Part shown: positions 41,343-51,159 of the stretch, piece after piece | Numbering within the stretch: the stretch's first letter is position 1 | Layout: each line of letters starts with the position of its first letter | From: Candidatus Magasanikiibacteriota bacterium | Lineage (GTDB): Bacteria; Patescibacteriota; Patescibacteriia; Magasanikbacterales; UBA922 | Assembly: GCA_021648085.1 (NCBI GenBank) | Contig: JAKITS010000001.1 | Coordinates: 915,201-979,200 of the forward strand | DNA length: 64,000 bases | Direction: 5' to 3' | Position numbers and translations under genes: made by a program | Notes under the pieces: generated by a model | Databases searched by the model: none | What the model was told of the DNA's origin: nothing | What the model saw: only the letters and a program-made list of their open reading frames with translations

Positions 41343-41669
41343 TTAACTGTAGAAATCTTTTATTTGTTTTTCAATTTTTTCATAATGTGCACGACCTTCA
41401 AAAGTCAATGTATAGCGACTATCATTGATAGTAACAATGAGCTCATAACATAGAATGTTGATAGGGTTTTTTACTCTTCTTAATAATATATGTACAAAGT
41501 CTCTATTTATATTTACTCTCGCTAATCCTGAAATTCCAAGATCGAAGATTAAATAGTTTTTTGAAGTAGAAGATATTTTTTTGTTTAACGCCAGTGCAAG
41601 CTTTTTTAAGAGTTCTATATTTTCTGGGTCTTCTGTAGATTGCTTAAGTAGGTTGGATAAATTTGTCAT
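41343..41669 (-). CDS. Hypothetical protein
   Basis: 108-aa ORF with no motif recognised. Confidence 0.35.
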   Translation of the reverse strand: MTNLSNLLKQSTEDPENIELLKKLALALNKKISSTSKNYLIFDLGISGLARVNINRDFVHILLRRVKNPINILCYELIVTINDSRYTLTFEGRAHYEKIEKQIKDFYS

Positions 41670-41752
41670 TACAAACTCCTTTCTTTTGATTGTATGTTGA
41701 AATGAACTTTATAAAATATTACCACTTTTAAGCTAGAAAGTCAATCTTTTCC

Positions 41753-41781
41753 TTGACATTTTCAATGAATTGGTGTAAACT
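41753..41781 (+). promoter_or_regulatory. Promoter candidate for rplS (TTGACA, 17 bp, TAAACT)
   Basis: Read directly from the sequence. Confidence 0.4.
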
Positions 41782-41868
41782 AGTTCCATTATTACATTTT
41801 TAGTGATGTTGGGTATTAAAACTTAACCTCTCCGCAAGTGGGCAAATGCTCACAAATAATTTTAAAAT

Positions 41869-42288
41869 ATGTCAGAAGATATTCGCAGTAAATTGCGTTC
41901 TGGAATGATCGTAAAGGTTTACCAAAAAATTAGAGAAACTAACACAAAAGGTGAAGAAAAAGAAAGAACCCAGGTTTTTGAAGGAATCATATTAGCTACA
42001 AAACATGGAAGAGAGGTTGGAGCAACTGTGACAGTTAGAAAAATTTCAAATGGTGTGGGAGTAGAAAAGATTTTCCCAATAAATTCACCAATAGTAGAAA
42101 AAATTGAATTAGTGAGAACAATGAAAGTTGATCAATCTAGAGCATACTACTTGAGAAATTACAAAAAGAAATTGAAAGAGGTCAGAAAAGATCAACCAAA
42201 AAAAGCAAAGAAAGTTGCAAAAAAGGTTGAAGAAAAAGTAGAAGCTCCAAAAGAAGAAGTAAAGATGGAAACTGAAGTAAAAACATAA
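41869..42288 (+). CDS. rplS: 50S ribosomal protein L19 with a Lys-rich C-terminal extension
   Basis: …[35 protein letters not shown]… is canonical bL19. Confidence 0.85.
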   Translation: MSEDIRSKLRSGMIVKVYQKIRETNTKGEEKERTQVFEGIILATKHGREVGATVTVRKISNGVGVEKIFPINSPIVEKIELVRTMKVDQSRAYYLRNYKKKLKEVRKDQPKKAKKVAKKVEEKVEAPKEEVKMETEVKT

Positions 42289-42302
42289 GAAAATTAAAAA
42301 TA

Positions 42303-42334
42303 AAAAACTGACGTAAATTGCGTCAGTTTTTTAT
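42303..42334. terminator. Bidirectional terminator (aaaaaactgacgtaaattgcgtcagtttttt) between rplS and uvrA
   Basis: 6 to 7-bp stem with A/T runs on both sides. Confidence 0.65.
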
Positions 42335-42347
42335 TTTGTTAGATTTT

Positions 42348-45233
42348 TTATCTATTGAAAACCTCTGCTTTCAAGTATTGTCCTGTCCAACTTTCTTTCA
42401 CTTTTGAGATTTCTTTTGGTGTGCCAACAGCTACAACCTGTCCTCCAGCTTTTCCACCTTCTGGTCCCATATCTATTACCCAGTCAGAACTTTTTACAAC
42501 ATCTAGATTATGCTCTATTGTTAGAACTGTATTTCCTTTTTTTACCAATTCGTTCAACACATGAAGTAGTCTTTTGATATCTTCGAAGTGAAGTCCTGTT
42601 GTAGGTTCATCCAAAATATACAAAGTTTTTCCTGTTGCTCTTCTTGATAATTCTGTTGCCAGTTTAATTCTTTGTGCCTCACCACCAGAAAGTGTGGTTG
42701 CAGGCTGTCCTAAATGCAGATAACCAAGCCCAACATTTCGTAGTACTTGTAATTTGTCTGCAATGTTTGAAATTTCTCTAAAGAATAAATATGCTTCTTC
42801 AACTGTCATTGCCAAAACATCTGCAATATTTTTTCTTTTGTAGTGAATTTCCAAAGCTTCTTTGTTGTATCTTCTTCCTTCGCATTCAGGGCATTCTATA
42901 AACACATCGTTTAAGAATTGCATTGGAATTCTTTTGTAACCTTCACCAGAACAAGCTTCACACCTTCCACCACCTTTTACATTGAAACTAAACATTCCAG
43001 CATCGTAGCCACGCATTTTGGCCTCTGGTACGCTTGTAAACAGATCGCGAATAGCTGTGAAAACTCCAGTATAGGTTGCAGGATTACTACGAGGAGTTCG
43101 ACCAATTGGACTTTGGTTTATTGTGATAACTTTGTCAATATGGTTGAATCCTGTGATTTTTTTGTGAGCTGCGGGTTCTGCTTTTGCTCTATAAAAATGT
43201 TTATGCAAAGCTTTGGATAAAATTCCAGAAATAAGAGTGGATTTTCCAGATCCAGAAACACCGGTCACACATACAAATTTTCCAAGTGGAATTTCAACGT
43301 CAATATTTTTTAGATTGAATGCTGTCGCACCTTGAATAGAAATACTTTTTCCATTTCCTTTGTTTTGTTTTTTTGGAATAGGGATTTCTTCGCGGTTTGC
43401 CATATATTGACCAGTCAGTGAATCTGTTTTACTAACTTCTTCTGGTGTTCCTTTTGCCATTATTTTCCCACCATAAATTCCAGCCCCAGGTCCAATGTCT
43501 ATTAAATAATCCGCAGCTTCCATTATGGCGCGGTCGTGCTCAACAACAATTACAGTATTTCCACTATCGCGTAATGCTTTTAAAGTGTCTATTAGTTTGT
43601 CATTGTCTTTTGAGTGAAGTCCAATTGAGGGCTCGTCCAAGACATAGATAACCTCATTTAATCCAGTTGAAAGTTGACTAGAAAGTCTAATTCTTTGTGA
43701 TTCACCACCTGAAAGTGTGGCAAAAGATCTGTCTAAAGTTAAATAGGATAACCCAACTTTTTGAAGATTTTCTAATTTTTTTGTAGATTCTTTTAGTAAA
43801 GGATTTGCAATTAATTTTTCATTTTTTGTAAAAGTTGGAATGCCGTCATATTTTTTTGGATCCACCAGTTTTTTGAAAAATGTTACAGCATCCCCAATAC
43901 CCATTTCTACAATATCACTAATGGAATAGTCTCCAATTCGTACAGCGAGTGAATCTTGCTTTAGTCTTCTTCCTTCACAAATAGGACAGACACTTTCTCT
44001 CATATAATGTTCAATTTCTTTACGAACATATTCTGAGTCTGTTTCTGCGTGTCGTTGGGTTAGGTTTGGAATAACTCCTTCAAATCGAACAACTTTGCTG
44101 TCCAGTTGATAAGTTTGTCCATCTGTGCCATATAAAACCAAGTCCATTACTTTTTTTGAAAGGTCCTTTACTGGTTTGTTTATGTTGAATTTTTGTTTTT
44201 CAGAAACAACTTTCAACAATTTTTGGTAATAAGTTTGATTTCCTACAATTCTGGTCCAAGGTTGAATAGCACCCTCTGCCAAAGTTAGGCGAGGGTTTGG
44301 AATTATTAGGGATGAATCAACATTTAAAGTATATCCAAGTCCTGTACAGCGGTTACATGCTCCGTGCGGGCTGTTGAAACTAAAACTTCTTGGCTCAACA
44401 GACTCAAAGGTTTTTCCAGATTCTGGACAGAATGGGAATGTTGTATATAAATTTTCGTCTCCTGTTTCTAGGTTCAATGCTATCAAAGATCCATTTGAAA
44501 GATCTAATGCTTTTTCTACAGCTTCTACTACCTTTTGTTTTTTAATATCGCTAATTGTTTCAATTACTATCTCTACATCATAAAGCTTTTTTGGTTCAAA
44601 TTTATATCTCTTTAAACTTAAAAGACTCATTTGAACACCATTTACGCGAAGTGAGTTGAAACCTGATTTTTCTAAGTTTGGCAAAAGCTGTTTTGCTTTT
44701 ATTGTTTTTTGTGCAATTATTGGAGCTAAAATTATAATTTCATCGCCAGAACGCGCTATCTTTCGTACTTGTTCTGCAATTTCTCCGGAGCTATATTGTT
44801 TTACGCAATGGTTTGTTTCGGGACAATACTGAATTCCTATTTTTGAAAAAAGTAATCGTAAATGATCGTAAATTTCTGTTATAGTTCCCACTGTTGAGCG
44901 TGGGTTTGTGCTGCTATTTTTTTGATCAATTGCAATAGTAGGGGAAAGTCCCAAAATTTCATCCACATCTGGCTTGTCATTTACATCCATAAATTGACGC
45001 GCATAAGAATTCAAGCTTTCTGCATAGCGTCTTTGTCCTTCGGCATATATAGTATCAAAAGCCAAAGAAGACTTTCCTGATCCAGAAAGTCCTGTGATGA
45101 CTGTTAATTTGTTCTTTGGTATTTCTACCGACACATCTTTTAAATTGTGTACTCTTGCGTTCTTAATTTTTATTTTGTTTATTTTCTTCATAATCTGTTT
45201 TTTCTGACTTTTTGTTTTAGTTACAGGTGTCAC
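42348..45233 (-). CDS. uvrA: Excinuclease ABC subunit A
   Basis: Duplicated ABC ATPase modules and zinc-finger Cys clusters (CPECEGRRY, CNRCTG, CEAC…). 961 aa. Confidence 0.95.
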   Translation of the reverse strand: MTPVTKTKSQKKQIMKKINKIKIKNARVHNLKDVSVEIPKNKLTVITGLSGSGKSSLAFDTIYAEGQRRYAESLNSYARQFMDVNDKPDVDEILGLSPTIAIDQKNSSTNPRSTVGTITEIYDHLRLLFSKIGIQYCPETNHCVKQYSSGEIAEQVRKIARSGDEIIILAPIIAQKTIKAKQLLPNLEKSGFNSLRVNGVQMSLLSLKRYKFEPKKLYDVEIVIETISDIKKQKVVEAVEKALDLSNGSLIALNLETGDENLYTTFPFCPESGKTFESVEPRSFSFNSPHGACNRCTGLGYTLNVDSSLIIPNPRLTLAEGAIQPWTRIVGNQTYYQKLLKVVSEKQKFNINKPVKDLSKKVMDLVLYGTDGQTYQLDSKVVRFEGVIPNLTQRHAETDSEYVRKEIEHYMRESVCPICEGRRLKQDSLAVRIGDYSISDIVEMGIGDAVTFFKKLVDPKKYDGIPTFTKNEKLIANPLLKESTKKLENLQKVGLSYLTLDRSFATLSGGESQRIRLSSQLSTGLNEVIYVLDEPSIGLHSKDNDKLIDTLKALRDSGNTVIVVEHDRAIMEAADYLIDIGPGAGIYGGKIMAKGTPEEVSKTDSLTGQYMANREEIPIPKKQNKGNGKSISIQGATAFNLKNIDVEIPLGKFVCVTGVSGSGKSTLISGILSKALHKHFYRAKAEPAAHKKITGFNHIDKVITINQSPIGRTPRSNPATYTGVFTAIRDLFTSVPEAKMRGYDAGMFSFNVKGGGRCEACSGEGYKRIPMQFLNDVFIECPECEGRRYNKEALEIHYKRKNIADVLAMTVEEAYLFFREISNIADKLQVLRNVGLGYLHLGQPATTLSGGEAQRIKLATELSRRATGKTLYILDEPTTGLHFEDIKRLLHVLNELVKKGNTVLTIEHNLDVVKSSDWVIDMGPEGGKAGGQVVAVGTPKEISKVKESWTGQYLKAEVFNR

Positions 45234-46803
45234 CAGGTACGTCTCTCACAGAATCATCAAGTATACTATATGTTTGCGAAATTAAACTTTCTGTTATTGT
45301 TAATTCTAAAAATAAACTTTTTTGAGAATTTCCTATTACACTTTCTATTGGTATAACATTATTTTGCCAACTTCCTGGTTTTTCACACCAAAGATGTGCA
45401 GATGCAGTTCTGTCACCTGATTTTACTACAAAAATATAAGCATCTTTTGGTGTTAAATTTATATTAATTTGATTCATTATCATGAATCCGTATGCTTTAC
45501 TACCAGACGGACATTGTACTGCAGCCTGTACAAACATACTTTCTTTAAACTTCAAAACATATTCGTAAAAGGAATTTGATGAGTTGAGAGTTTCAAATTC
45601 TGGTGTAACTTCTTTATAATTATCTCCTGTAACTTCTCCTTCACAAACAGGGTAAATTCTCACAGTCATTTGATAGTCCTCATCCCCACTAAGGTTTGAT
45701 GGATCTTCCAACCATCTATCATCTCCATTGTCGGATTGCTCCAAAGTTACAACATCTTCAAGAGTGGATCTTTTTGCCAACTCCCAAAGTGATTGTTCCA
45801 CTTTATAATGCATTATTAAAACTCCATCCCAACAAGCACTTTCAGGAATTTTTTCATGAACTCTGTGTATTCCTGTTTGTATGAAATTATTTATATTTGT
45901 ATCAAACGGAACACACGCTTTATTCCTCTCACTACATATAGCACCAACACAAGTTGAACTTCCTGCTCCTTGTACAAAATAATCGCTACCACATTCTGTT
46001 TTTTGTGGATCAACATTATATCCATTAGTTTGGATTTTATTTAATCCATCTATTTTTAGTTGATTTATGCGTTGTTCTTCTTTAGTAATTCTTTGTTCTG
46101 CAAGTACTTTTGCTTCTGGCGTTAAGGCACTTGTAGATTGACTTTTTAAAAGTAAAAGTTGTTGTTTTTGACTTTTTGGAAGTGCTAAAGCAACTGGGGT
46201 TTTAATTAAACTACAATAGTTTGCACCCAAAGCAATCCTATTTATCATCCAGACATTTGGTAAACGCAATTCTACAAGTGCAGGATTTATAGTTTCCAAA
46301 AGTGTAAAAGAACCAACTGCCAAAACTAATCCTATTATTGCTCCAAATATGCGTTTTTTGGCTGAACCAATTGTAGCTGCATTTCCTCCAGACGCAACCC
46401 ATTGAAATCCTGCAACGATTACCATAAGTGTTGCCAAGATTCCAGCCACCATTACACCATATTTATAGATATATTTCAAGAAATCACCTATATTTGCAAA
46501 ATTTTGTCTTCCACCAAATTTGACTTGAGTCTTTGTTTCGGATGCTGGCAGACAAAATCCCATAACCTCTCCCGGTGTTCCAGTTATAGAGCCAACCGGT
46601 ACTTTTCCGCAACCATTTTTTGGATCTGGTTTTTCAAAAAAACCTTCGTTTGGGGTTTGTGATTTATATTGTGTTCGTAGTTGTACGCACTGTTCTTTTG
46701 TAAAGCATTTACTATCCACTTGTGCGTTTGCAAAAATTGGTGCAAATAAAAATAAAATACTTAAAGCAATAATGATTTTTTTCATATTATTTTTGTAGTT
46801 CAC
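45217..46803 (-). CDS. Cys-rich secreted/membrane protein of unknown function
   Basis: Signal peptide, about 16 Cys, a hydrophobic pair of helices (GVMVAGILATLMVIVAGF… and IFGAIIGLVLAVGSF…) and a large C-terminal domain. Overlaps the upstream DsbA-like gene by 17 nt. Confidence 0.55.
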   Translation of the reverse strand: MNYKNNMKKIIIALSILFLFAPIFANAQVDSKCFTKEQCVQLRTQYKSQTPNEGFFEKPDPKNGCGKVPVGSITGTPGEVMGFCLPASETKTQVKFGGRQNFANIGDFLKYIYKYGVMVAGILATLMVIVAGFQWVASGGNAATIGSAKKRIFGAIIGLVLAVGSFTLLETINPALVELRLPNVWMINRIALGANYCSLIKTPVALALPKSQKQQLLLLKSQSTSALTPEAKVLAEQRITKEEQRINQLKIDGLNKIQTNGYNVDPQKTECGSDYFVQGAGSSTCVGAICSERNKACVPFDTNINNFIQTGIHRVHEKIPESACWDGVLIMHYKVEQSLWELAKRSTLEDVVTLEQSDNGDDRWLEDPSNLSGDEDYQMTVRIYPVCEGEVTGDNYKEVTPEFETLNSSNSFYEYVLKFKESMFVQAAVQCPSGSKAYGFMIMNQININLTPKDAYIFVVKSGDRTASAHLWCEKPGSWQNNVIPIESVIGNSQKSLFLELTITESLISQTYSILDDSVRDVPGDTCN

Positions 46804-47557
46804 TTACTATTATAGAATCCCAACTAGACAAGTTTGTAGTGCCTTCTAGTTTTGTTTGGTTTACAATATAGGTTGGAGTTCCTCTTACACCTAAACTAAC
46901 ACCATCTTTTAAGTCTTGTTCTATATTTGCACGGTGCACCTGTTTTGTTAGGCAGTTTTGAAAAATTGAAATATTTAAATTTAAATCTTCTGCATTTTTT
47001 ACCAAAGATTCATAATCCAACTTTTTATTTATAAAAAGCAGATCATAATATTCCCAAAACATTCCCTGATCTTGCGCGCAAGTGGAAGCAAGCCCAGCTT
47101 GAACTGCATTTGGATGAATACTTGTAAGTGGAAAGTGTTTAAATACTACATTTATGGCTGAGTCGTATTTTGAGACTACCTGTTTAAGTATAGGATAAGA
47201 TTCCTGACTAAACGGGCATTCAAAATCTATAAATGCGATAATTGTGATAGGAGCGTTTGTATTATTAAGCGTTGGGTTGAAGCTTCTTATAAATTGACTA
47301 ACATCTTCTTCAATTTCTGGACGGGCTTCCAAAGGAATATCCGTACTAAAGCTAAAGTGGTTGTTGAATTTTTCTGTAAGCTCTGTCGGGTCGCCAAACT
47401 TAACATTCCATAAATAATACCCTAAAAGTATTAAGAAAGCAAGTGTTAAAGCTGTAATAGTAAAAGAAAAAATTAAAAATAAAATACCTAGCGTCTTTTT
47501 GTACCAAGGTTTTTTTGGAATATAATTGTCTTTTGATAGTTCTACAAAACCACTCAT
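46787..47557 (-). CDS. DsbA-like thioredoxin-fold protein with an N-terminal TM anchor and a CPFS (single-Cys) active-site motif
   Basis: …FIDFECPFSQ… and …GTPTYIVN… match the DsbA family CxxC and cis-Pro regions. The second Cys is replaced by Ser. Confidence 0.55.
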   Translation of the reverse strand: MSGFVELSKDNYIPKKPWYKKTLGILFLIFSFTITALTLAFLILLGYYLWNVKFGDPTELTEKFNNHFSFSTDIPLEARPEIEEDVSQFIRSFNPTLNNTNAPITIIAFIDFECPFSQESYPILKQVVSKYDSAINVVFKHFPLTSIHPNAVQAGLASTCAQDQGMFWEYYDLLFINKKLDYESLVKNAEDLNLNISIFQNCLTKQVHRANIEQDLKDGVSLGVRGTPTYIVNQTKLEGTTNLSSWDSIIVSELQK

Positions 47558-47652
47558 ATATCTAGTTATGTATTTATTTCTTATATTATAGCAAAAAATA
47601 AAACAACATTATAGTGAGTTTTAGTTTTTATTGATTGAATAACAGATTTCTA

Positions 47653-47681
47653 TTGACAAAAACACTAAAATGTAATACAAT
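47653..47681 (+). promoter_or_regulatory. Promoter candidate for rpsB-tsf (TTGACA, 17 bp, TACAAT)
   Basis: Read directly. Followed by a ~115-nt leader containing the tttgaaaacattttcaaa palindrome. Confidence 0.5.
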
Positions 47682-47795
47682 ATTGCCATTACCGAGTCAA
47701 CAATTAGTTGGTAAACATATTTATCACTTTCTGTATTTTTCCTCTTTTTGAAAACATTTTCAAAAGGTACACAGGAAGGAAGTTAAAAGGAAATT

Positions 47796-48524
47796 ATGAA
47801 AATACCGAGTATAGAAGAAATGTTAAAGGCTGGAGTTCATTTTGGACACCAAAAATCACGCTGGCATCCAAAAATGGACCAATTCATTTTTACAGACAGA
47901 AATGGTGTTCATGTTATTAATTTAGAAAAAACACAAGAAGAACTTAAAAAAGTTTTAGAAATTGTAAAACAGATGACTTCAGAAGGAAAAGTTATTCTTT
48001 TCACAACTACAAAACCACATGCAAAAGAAATTGTAAAAGAAGCTGCTATTAGCTGTGGAACACCTTATTTGGTAGATCGTTGGATTGGTGGAATGCTTAC
48101 AAACTTTACTGAAATTCAAAAACTGATTAAGAAATATTTAACTTATAAAGAAGAAAAAGCAACTGGTGAGTGGGAAAGATATACAAAAAAAGAAGCCTTA
48201 GAAAAACAAAGAGAATTGGATAAAATGGAAGAATATATTTCTGGTATCTCTACTTTAGAAAAAATACCAGATGTATTATTTACTCCTACAGTTCAACAAG
48301 AAAAAACCGCAATAGTAGAAGCAAACCGTCTTGGAGTAAAAGTTGTGGGTGTCTGTGATACAAATGCAAACCCAATAAAGGTTGATTATGTTATTCCAGG
48401 AAATGATGATGCTATGAACTCAATTAAAATGATGTCAGTTTTGGTAGCAAATGCTGTAAAAGAAGGAAAGGTGGAGTATGAAAAAAATCAAAAAGCACAG
48501 GCTCAACCTGTGAAAGCTGTATAA
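47796..48524 (+). CDS. rpsB: 30S ribosomal protein S2
   Basis: …GVHFGHQKSRWHPKM… is canonical uS2. Confidence 0.9.
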   Translation: MKIPSIEEMLKAGVHFGHQKSRWHPKMDQFIFTDRNGVHVINLEKTQEELKKVLEIVKQMTSEGKVILFTTTKPHAKEIVKEAAISCGTPYLVDRWIGGMLTNFTEIQKLIKKYLTYKEEKATGEWERYTKKEALEKQRELDKMEEYISGISTLEKIPDVLFTPTVQQEKTAIVEANRLGVKVVGVCDTNANPIKVDYVIPGNDDAMNSIKMMSVLVANAVKEGKVEYEKNQKAQAQPVKAV

Positions 48525-48553
48525 TAATTACTTCTTAAAATAAAATAAAAACT

Positions 48554-49204
48554 ATGTCAATAAACACAAGTGATATTTCAAGACTTCGTGAGCAAACTGG
48601 TGCAGGAATTTTGGATTGTAAAAAGGCTTTGGAAGAGGCTGGTGGAAATTATGACTCAGCAGTGGATATTTTGCGTAAATTAGGTGGAGCAAAAGCTGCA
48701 AAGCGCGCAGGAAAAATTGCTGCAGAAGGTGTGGTTGTAAGCTACATTCATGGCCAAAATAAAATTGCTACTTTGGTAGAATTAAACTGTGAAACTGACT
48801 TTGTGGCAAAAAATGATAAATTTGTTGAATTGGCAAAAGATATTGCCATGCATATCGTTGCAGCTTCTCCAATTTATTTGAACCGCGAAGAAGTTCCAGT
48901 AGAGGTTGTAACAAAAGAAAGAGATATTTATAGAGAACAGCTACGAACAGAAGGAAAACCAGATGAAATTATAGAGAAAATTTTGGAAGGAAAATTGAAT
49001 AAATTTTATTCAGAAATTTGTTTGATGGATCAATCTTATGTAAAAGATGAAGACAAAACAATTGCAGAACTTTTGACCACAGCAACAGCTGAAATAGGTG
49101 AAAAGATTAGTTTGCGTCGTTTTGCTAGATATGAAGTTGGTGAAGGAATGGAAAAGAAAAGCTGTGATTTTGTAGCAGAAGTTGCAGAACAGATGGAAAA
49201 ATAA
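48554..49204 (+). CDS. tsf: Elongation factor Ts (short form, 216 aa)
   Basis: N-terminal UBA-like …[32 protein letters not shown]. Confidence 0.85.
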   Translation: MSINTSDISRLREQTGAGILDCKKALEEAGGNYDSAVDILRKLGGAKAAKRAGKIAAEGVVVSYIHGQNKIATLVELNCETDFVAKNDKFVELAKDIAMHIVAASPIYLNREEVPVEVVTKERDIYREQLRTEGKPDEIIEKILEGKLNKFYSEICLMDQSYVKDEDKTIAELLTTATAEIGEKISLRRFARYEVGEGMEKKSCDFVAEVAEQMEK

Positions 49205-49218
49205 AAATAAAGAATTTA

Positions 49219-49250
49219 AAAAAGAGACTTTTGAAAGTCTCTTTTTTATT
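49219..49250 (+). terminator. Rho-independent terminator after tsf (aaaaagagacttttgaaagtctctttttt)
   Basis: Perfect 10-bp stem plus T-run. Confidence 0.75.
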
Positions 49251-49356
49251 TATAAAATATAAAAAATAATTATTTTTATATAATTTATTTCCTTTTTTCT
49301 TGTGCTTTAATACTATTGTGATAAACTAAGAGTAATTATTTTTTGTATATATTTTT

Positions 49357-50355
49357 ATGATAAAAGTAGCAATAAACGGCTTTGGTAGAATTGGCCGACA
49401 CACATTTAAAGTGGCTCTTAAGAATTCTGAGATGGAAGTGGTTGCAATAAATGACCTAACAGATCCAAAAACTTTGGCTCATCTTTTTAAGTACGACACA
49501 GCTTATCCAGAATTTGTAGGTGAGGTAGGCTTTGACGAGGAAAATTTGATTGTAGATGGAAAAAAGGTGAGAGTTTTTGCAGAGAAAGAACCAGAAAAAT
49601 TACCTTGGGGAAAAATGGAAATAGATGTGGTAGTAGAATCAACAGGAGTTTTTAGAACTGGCGAAGAAGCTGGAAGACATATAAAAGCTGGAGCAAAAAG
49701 AGTAGTTATTTCTGCGCCTGCAAAAAGTGAAGAGGTTTCAACATATTTGCGTGGAGTAAACGACGAAGAATATGATGGAAAAGAAATAATTAATAATGCC
49801 TCTTGTACTACAAACTGTGCTGCGCCTGTAATTCGTGTACTAAATGATATTTTTGGAGTAGAAAAAGCATTTTTGACAACGGTTCACTCTTATACTTCAG
49901 ATCAGCGTTTGCAAGACGCACCACACAAAGATTTGCGTAGAGCTAGGGCTGCGGCTATGAATATTGTTCCAACTACAACTGGAGCAGCTATTGCAACTAC
50001 AAAAGTAATTCCAGAGTTGGAGGGTAAATTTGATGGAATTTCAATCCGTGTCCCAACTCTTTCTGTGTCACTTACAGATTTTGTGGCAGTTTTGAAAAAG
50101 GACACAACGGTAGAAGAAATAAATGAAGCATTTATCGATGCTTCAAAAGGCTATTTAAAAGATGTTTTAGCAGTATCAAATGAACCATTAGTTTCTAGTG
50201 ATTACATTGGAAATCCATATTCAGCAATTGTAGATTTGGAATTTACAAAAGTTGTGGGTGGAAATTTGGTAAAAGTTTTGGCTTGGTATGACAATGAGTG
50301 GGGTTATGCAAACAGACTTGTAGAAATGGTTGAGCGAGTTGGAAAAAAGATATAA
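49357..50355 (+). CDS. gap: Glyceraldehyde-3-phosphate dehydrogenase
   Basis: NGFGRIGR Rossmann motif. Catalytic SCTTNC. Confidence 0.95.
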   Translation: MIKVAINGFGRIGRHTFKVALKNSEMEVVAINDLTDPKTLAHLFKYDTAYPEFVGEVGFDEENLIVDGKKVRVFAEKEPEKLPWGKMEIDVVVESTGVFRTGEEAGRHIKAGAKRVVISAPAKSEEVSTYLRGVNDEEYDGKEIINNASCTTNCAAPVIRVLNDIFGVEKAFLTTVHSYTSDQRLQDAPHKDLRRARAAAMNIVPTTTGAAIATTKVIPELEGKFDGISIRVPTLSVSLTDFVAVLKKDTTVEEINEAFIDASKGYLKDVLAVSNEPLVSSDYIGNPYSAIVDLEFTKVVGGNLVKVLAWYDNEWGYANRLVEMVERVGKKI

Positions 50356-50381
50356 AAACTTTTTTAAGACAAAAAAATAAA

Positions 50382-50407
50382 CGGCGATTTTAAATCGCCG
50401 TTTTTGT
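50382..50407. terminator. Bidirectional terminator (aaacggcgattttaaatcgccgttttt)
   Basis: Perfect 10-bp stem with A/T runs, between gap (+) and a minus-strand ORF. Confidence 0.7.
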
Positions 50408-50416
50408 TTATTTTTT

Positions 50417-51037
50417 TCATTTTTCTTTCCTTGGAAAAAGTTGCCAAATAAGCCATAAGTGATGTTTGGCAAGCTTTAGTTCTTTTTTAAATTTTGAGTT
50501 AGTTATAATTCCCTCGGGCATATTTTTTGATCTTGACCCAGGAACTATGCAACTCTCTCTTATTTGATCTATAAAAGCTGAAAAAATCGTCTTTATTCTT
50601 CTCTCAACTTTTCCTAAAATTATTATATTTTCAATGAAAACTTTTTCATTTGGTTTGAGTTTGTAAGTTAAAGAAATCGTAAAATTATATTTTTCACTTA
50701 ATTCTTTAAAGTGTTGGTACAAACTCTTTTCTTCAAAGGCTTTTTCTTTTTGAATAAGCCTATTGTTTATTTGTGGAACTGTCTCTATAAACAGTTCTGG
50801 GTGTATTTTTTTGATTAGATTCGCAATGTTTTTATCTGTGATGAATTTTCCACACACAACATATGCCTCATAATCATCTAAAGTGTTTCCACTAATTTCA
50901 TCAACTAAATACCCCAATGAGTTTCTTTTTCTTTCGATATCTTTTTGAGTTTCAAACTCTAATCTATCTAAAAATAATTTTATTCGTTTAAAATAAAACT
51001 CCCCCTTATTACTATCTGAGGAAATTACTCCTTCCAT
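50417..51037 (-). CDS. Hypothetical protein, inserted on the opposite strand between gap and pgk
   Basis: 206-aa ORF with no motif recognised. Confidence 0.4.
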   Translation of the reverse strand: MEGVISSDSNKGEFYFKRIKLFLDRLEFETQKDIERKRNSLGYLVDEISGNTLDDYEAYVVCGKFITDKNIANLIKKIHPELFIETVPQINNRLIQKEKAFEEKSLYQHFKELSEKYNFTISLTYKLKPNEKVFIENIIILGKVERRIKTIFSAFIDQIRESCIVPGSRSKNMPEGIITNSKFKKELKLAKHHLWLIWQLFPRKEK

Positions 51038-51159
51038 GTTTATTCTCCAATTGTTAAGGAAATTGTAATGAGCACTAATAGATAAGTATACATCAGTATT
51101 TACATTTTGTCAAGGTATTGTGGTATATTTACTTAAAGTAATTAGTTTTTAAGAATTTT

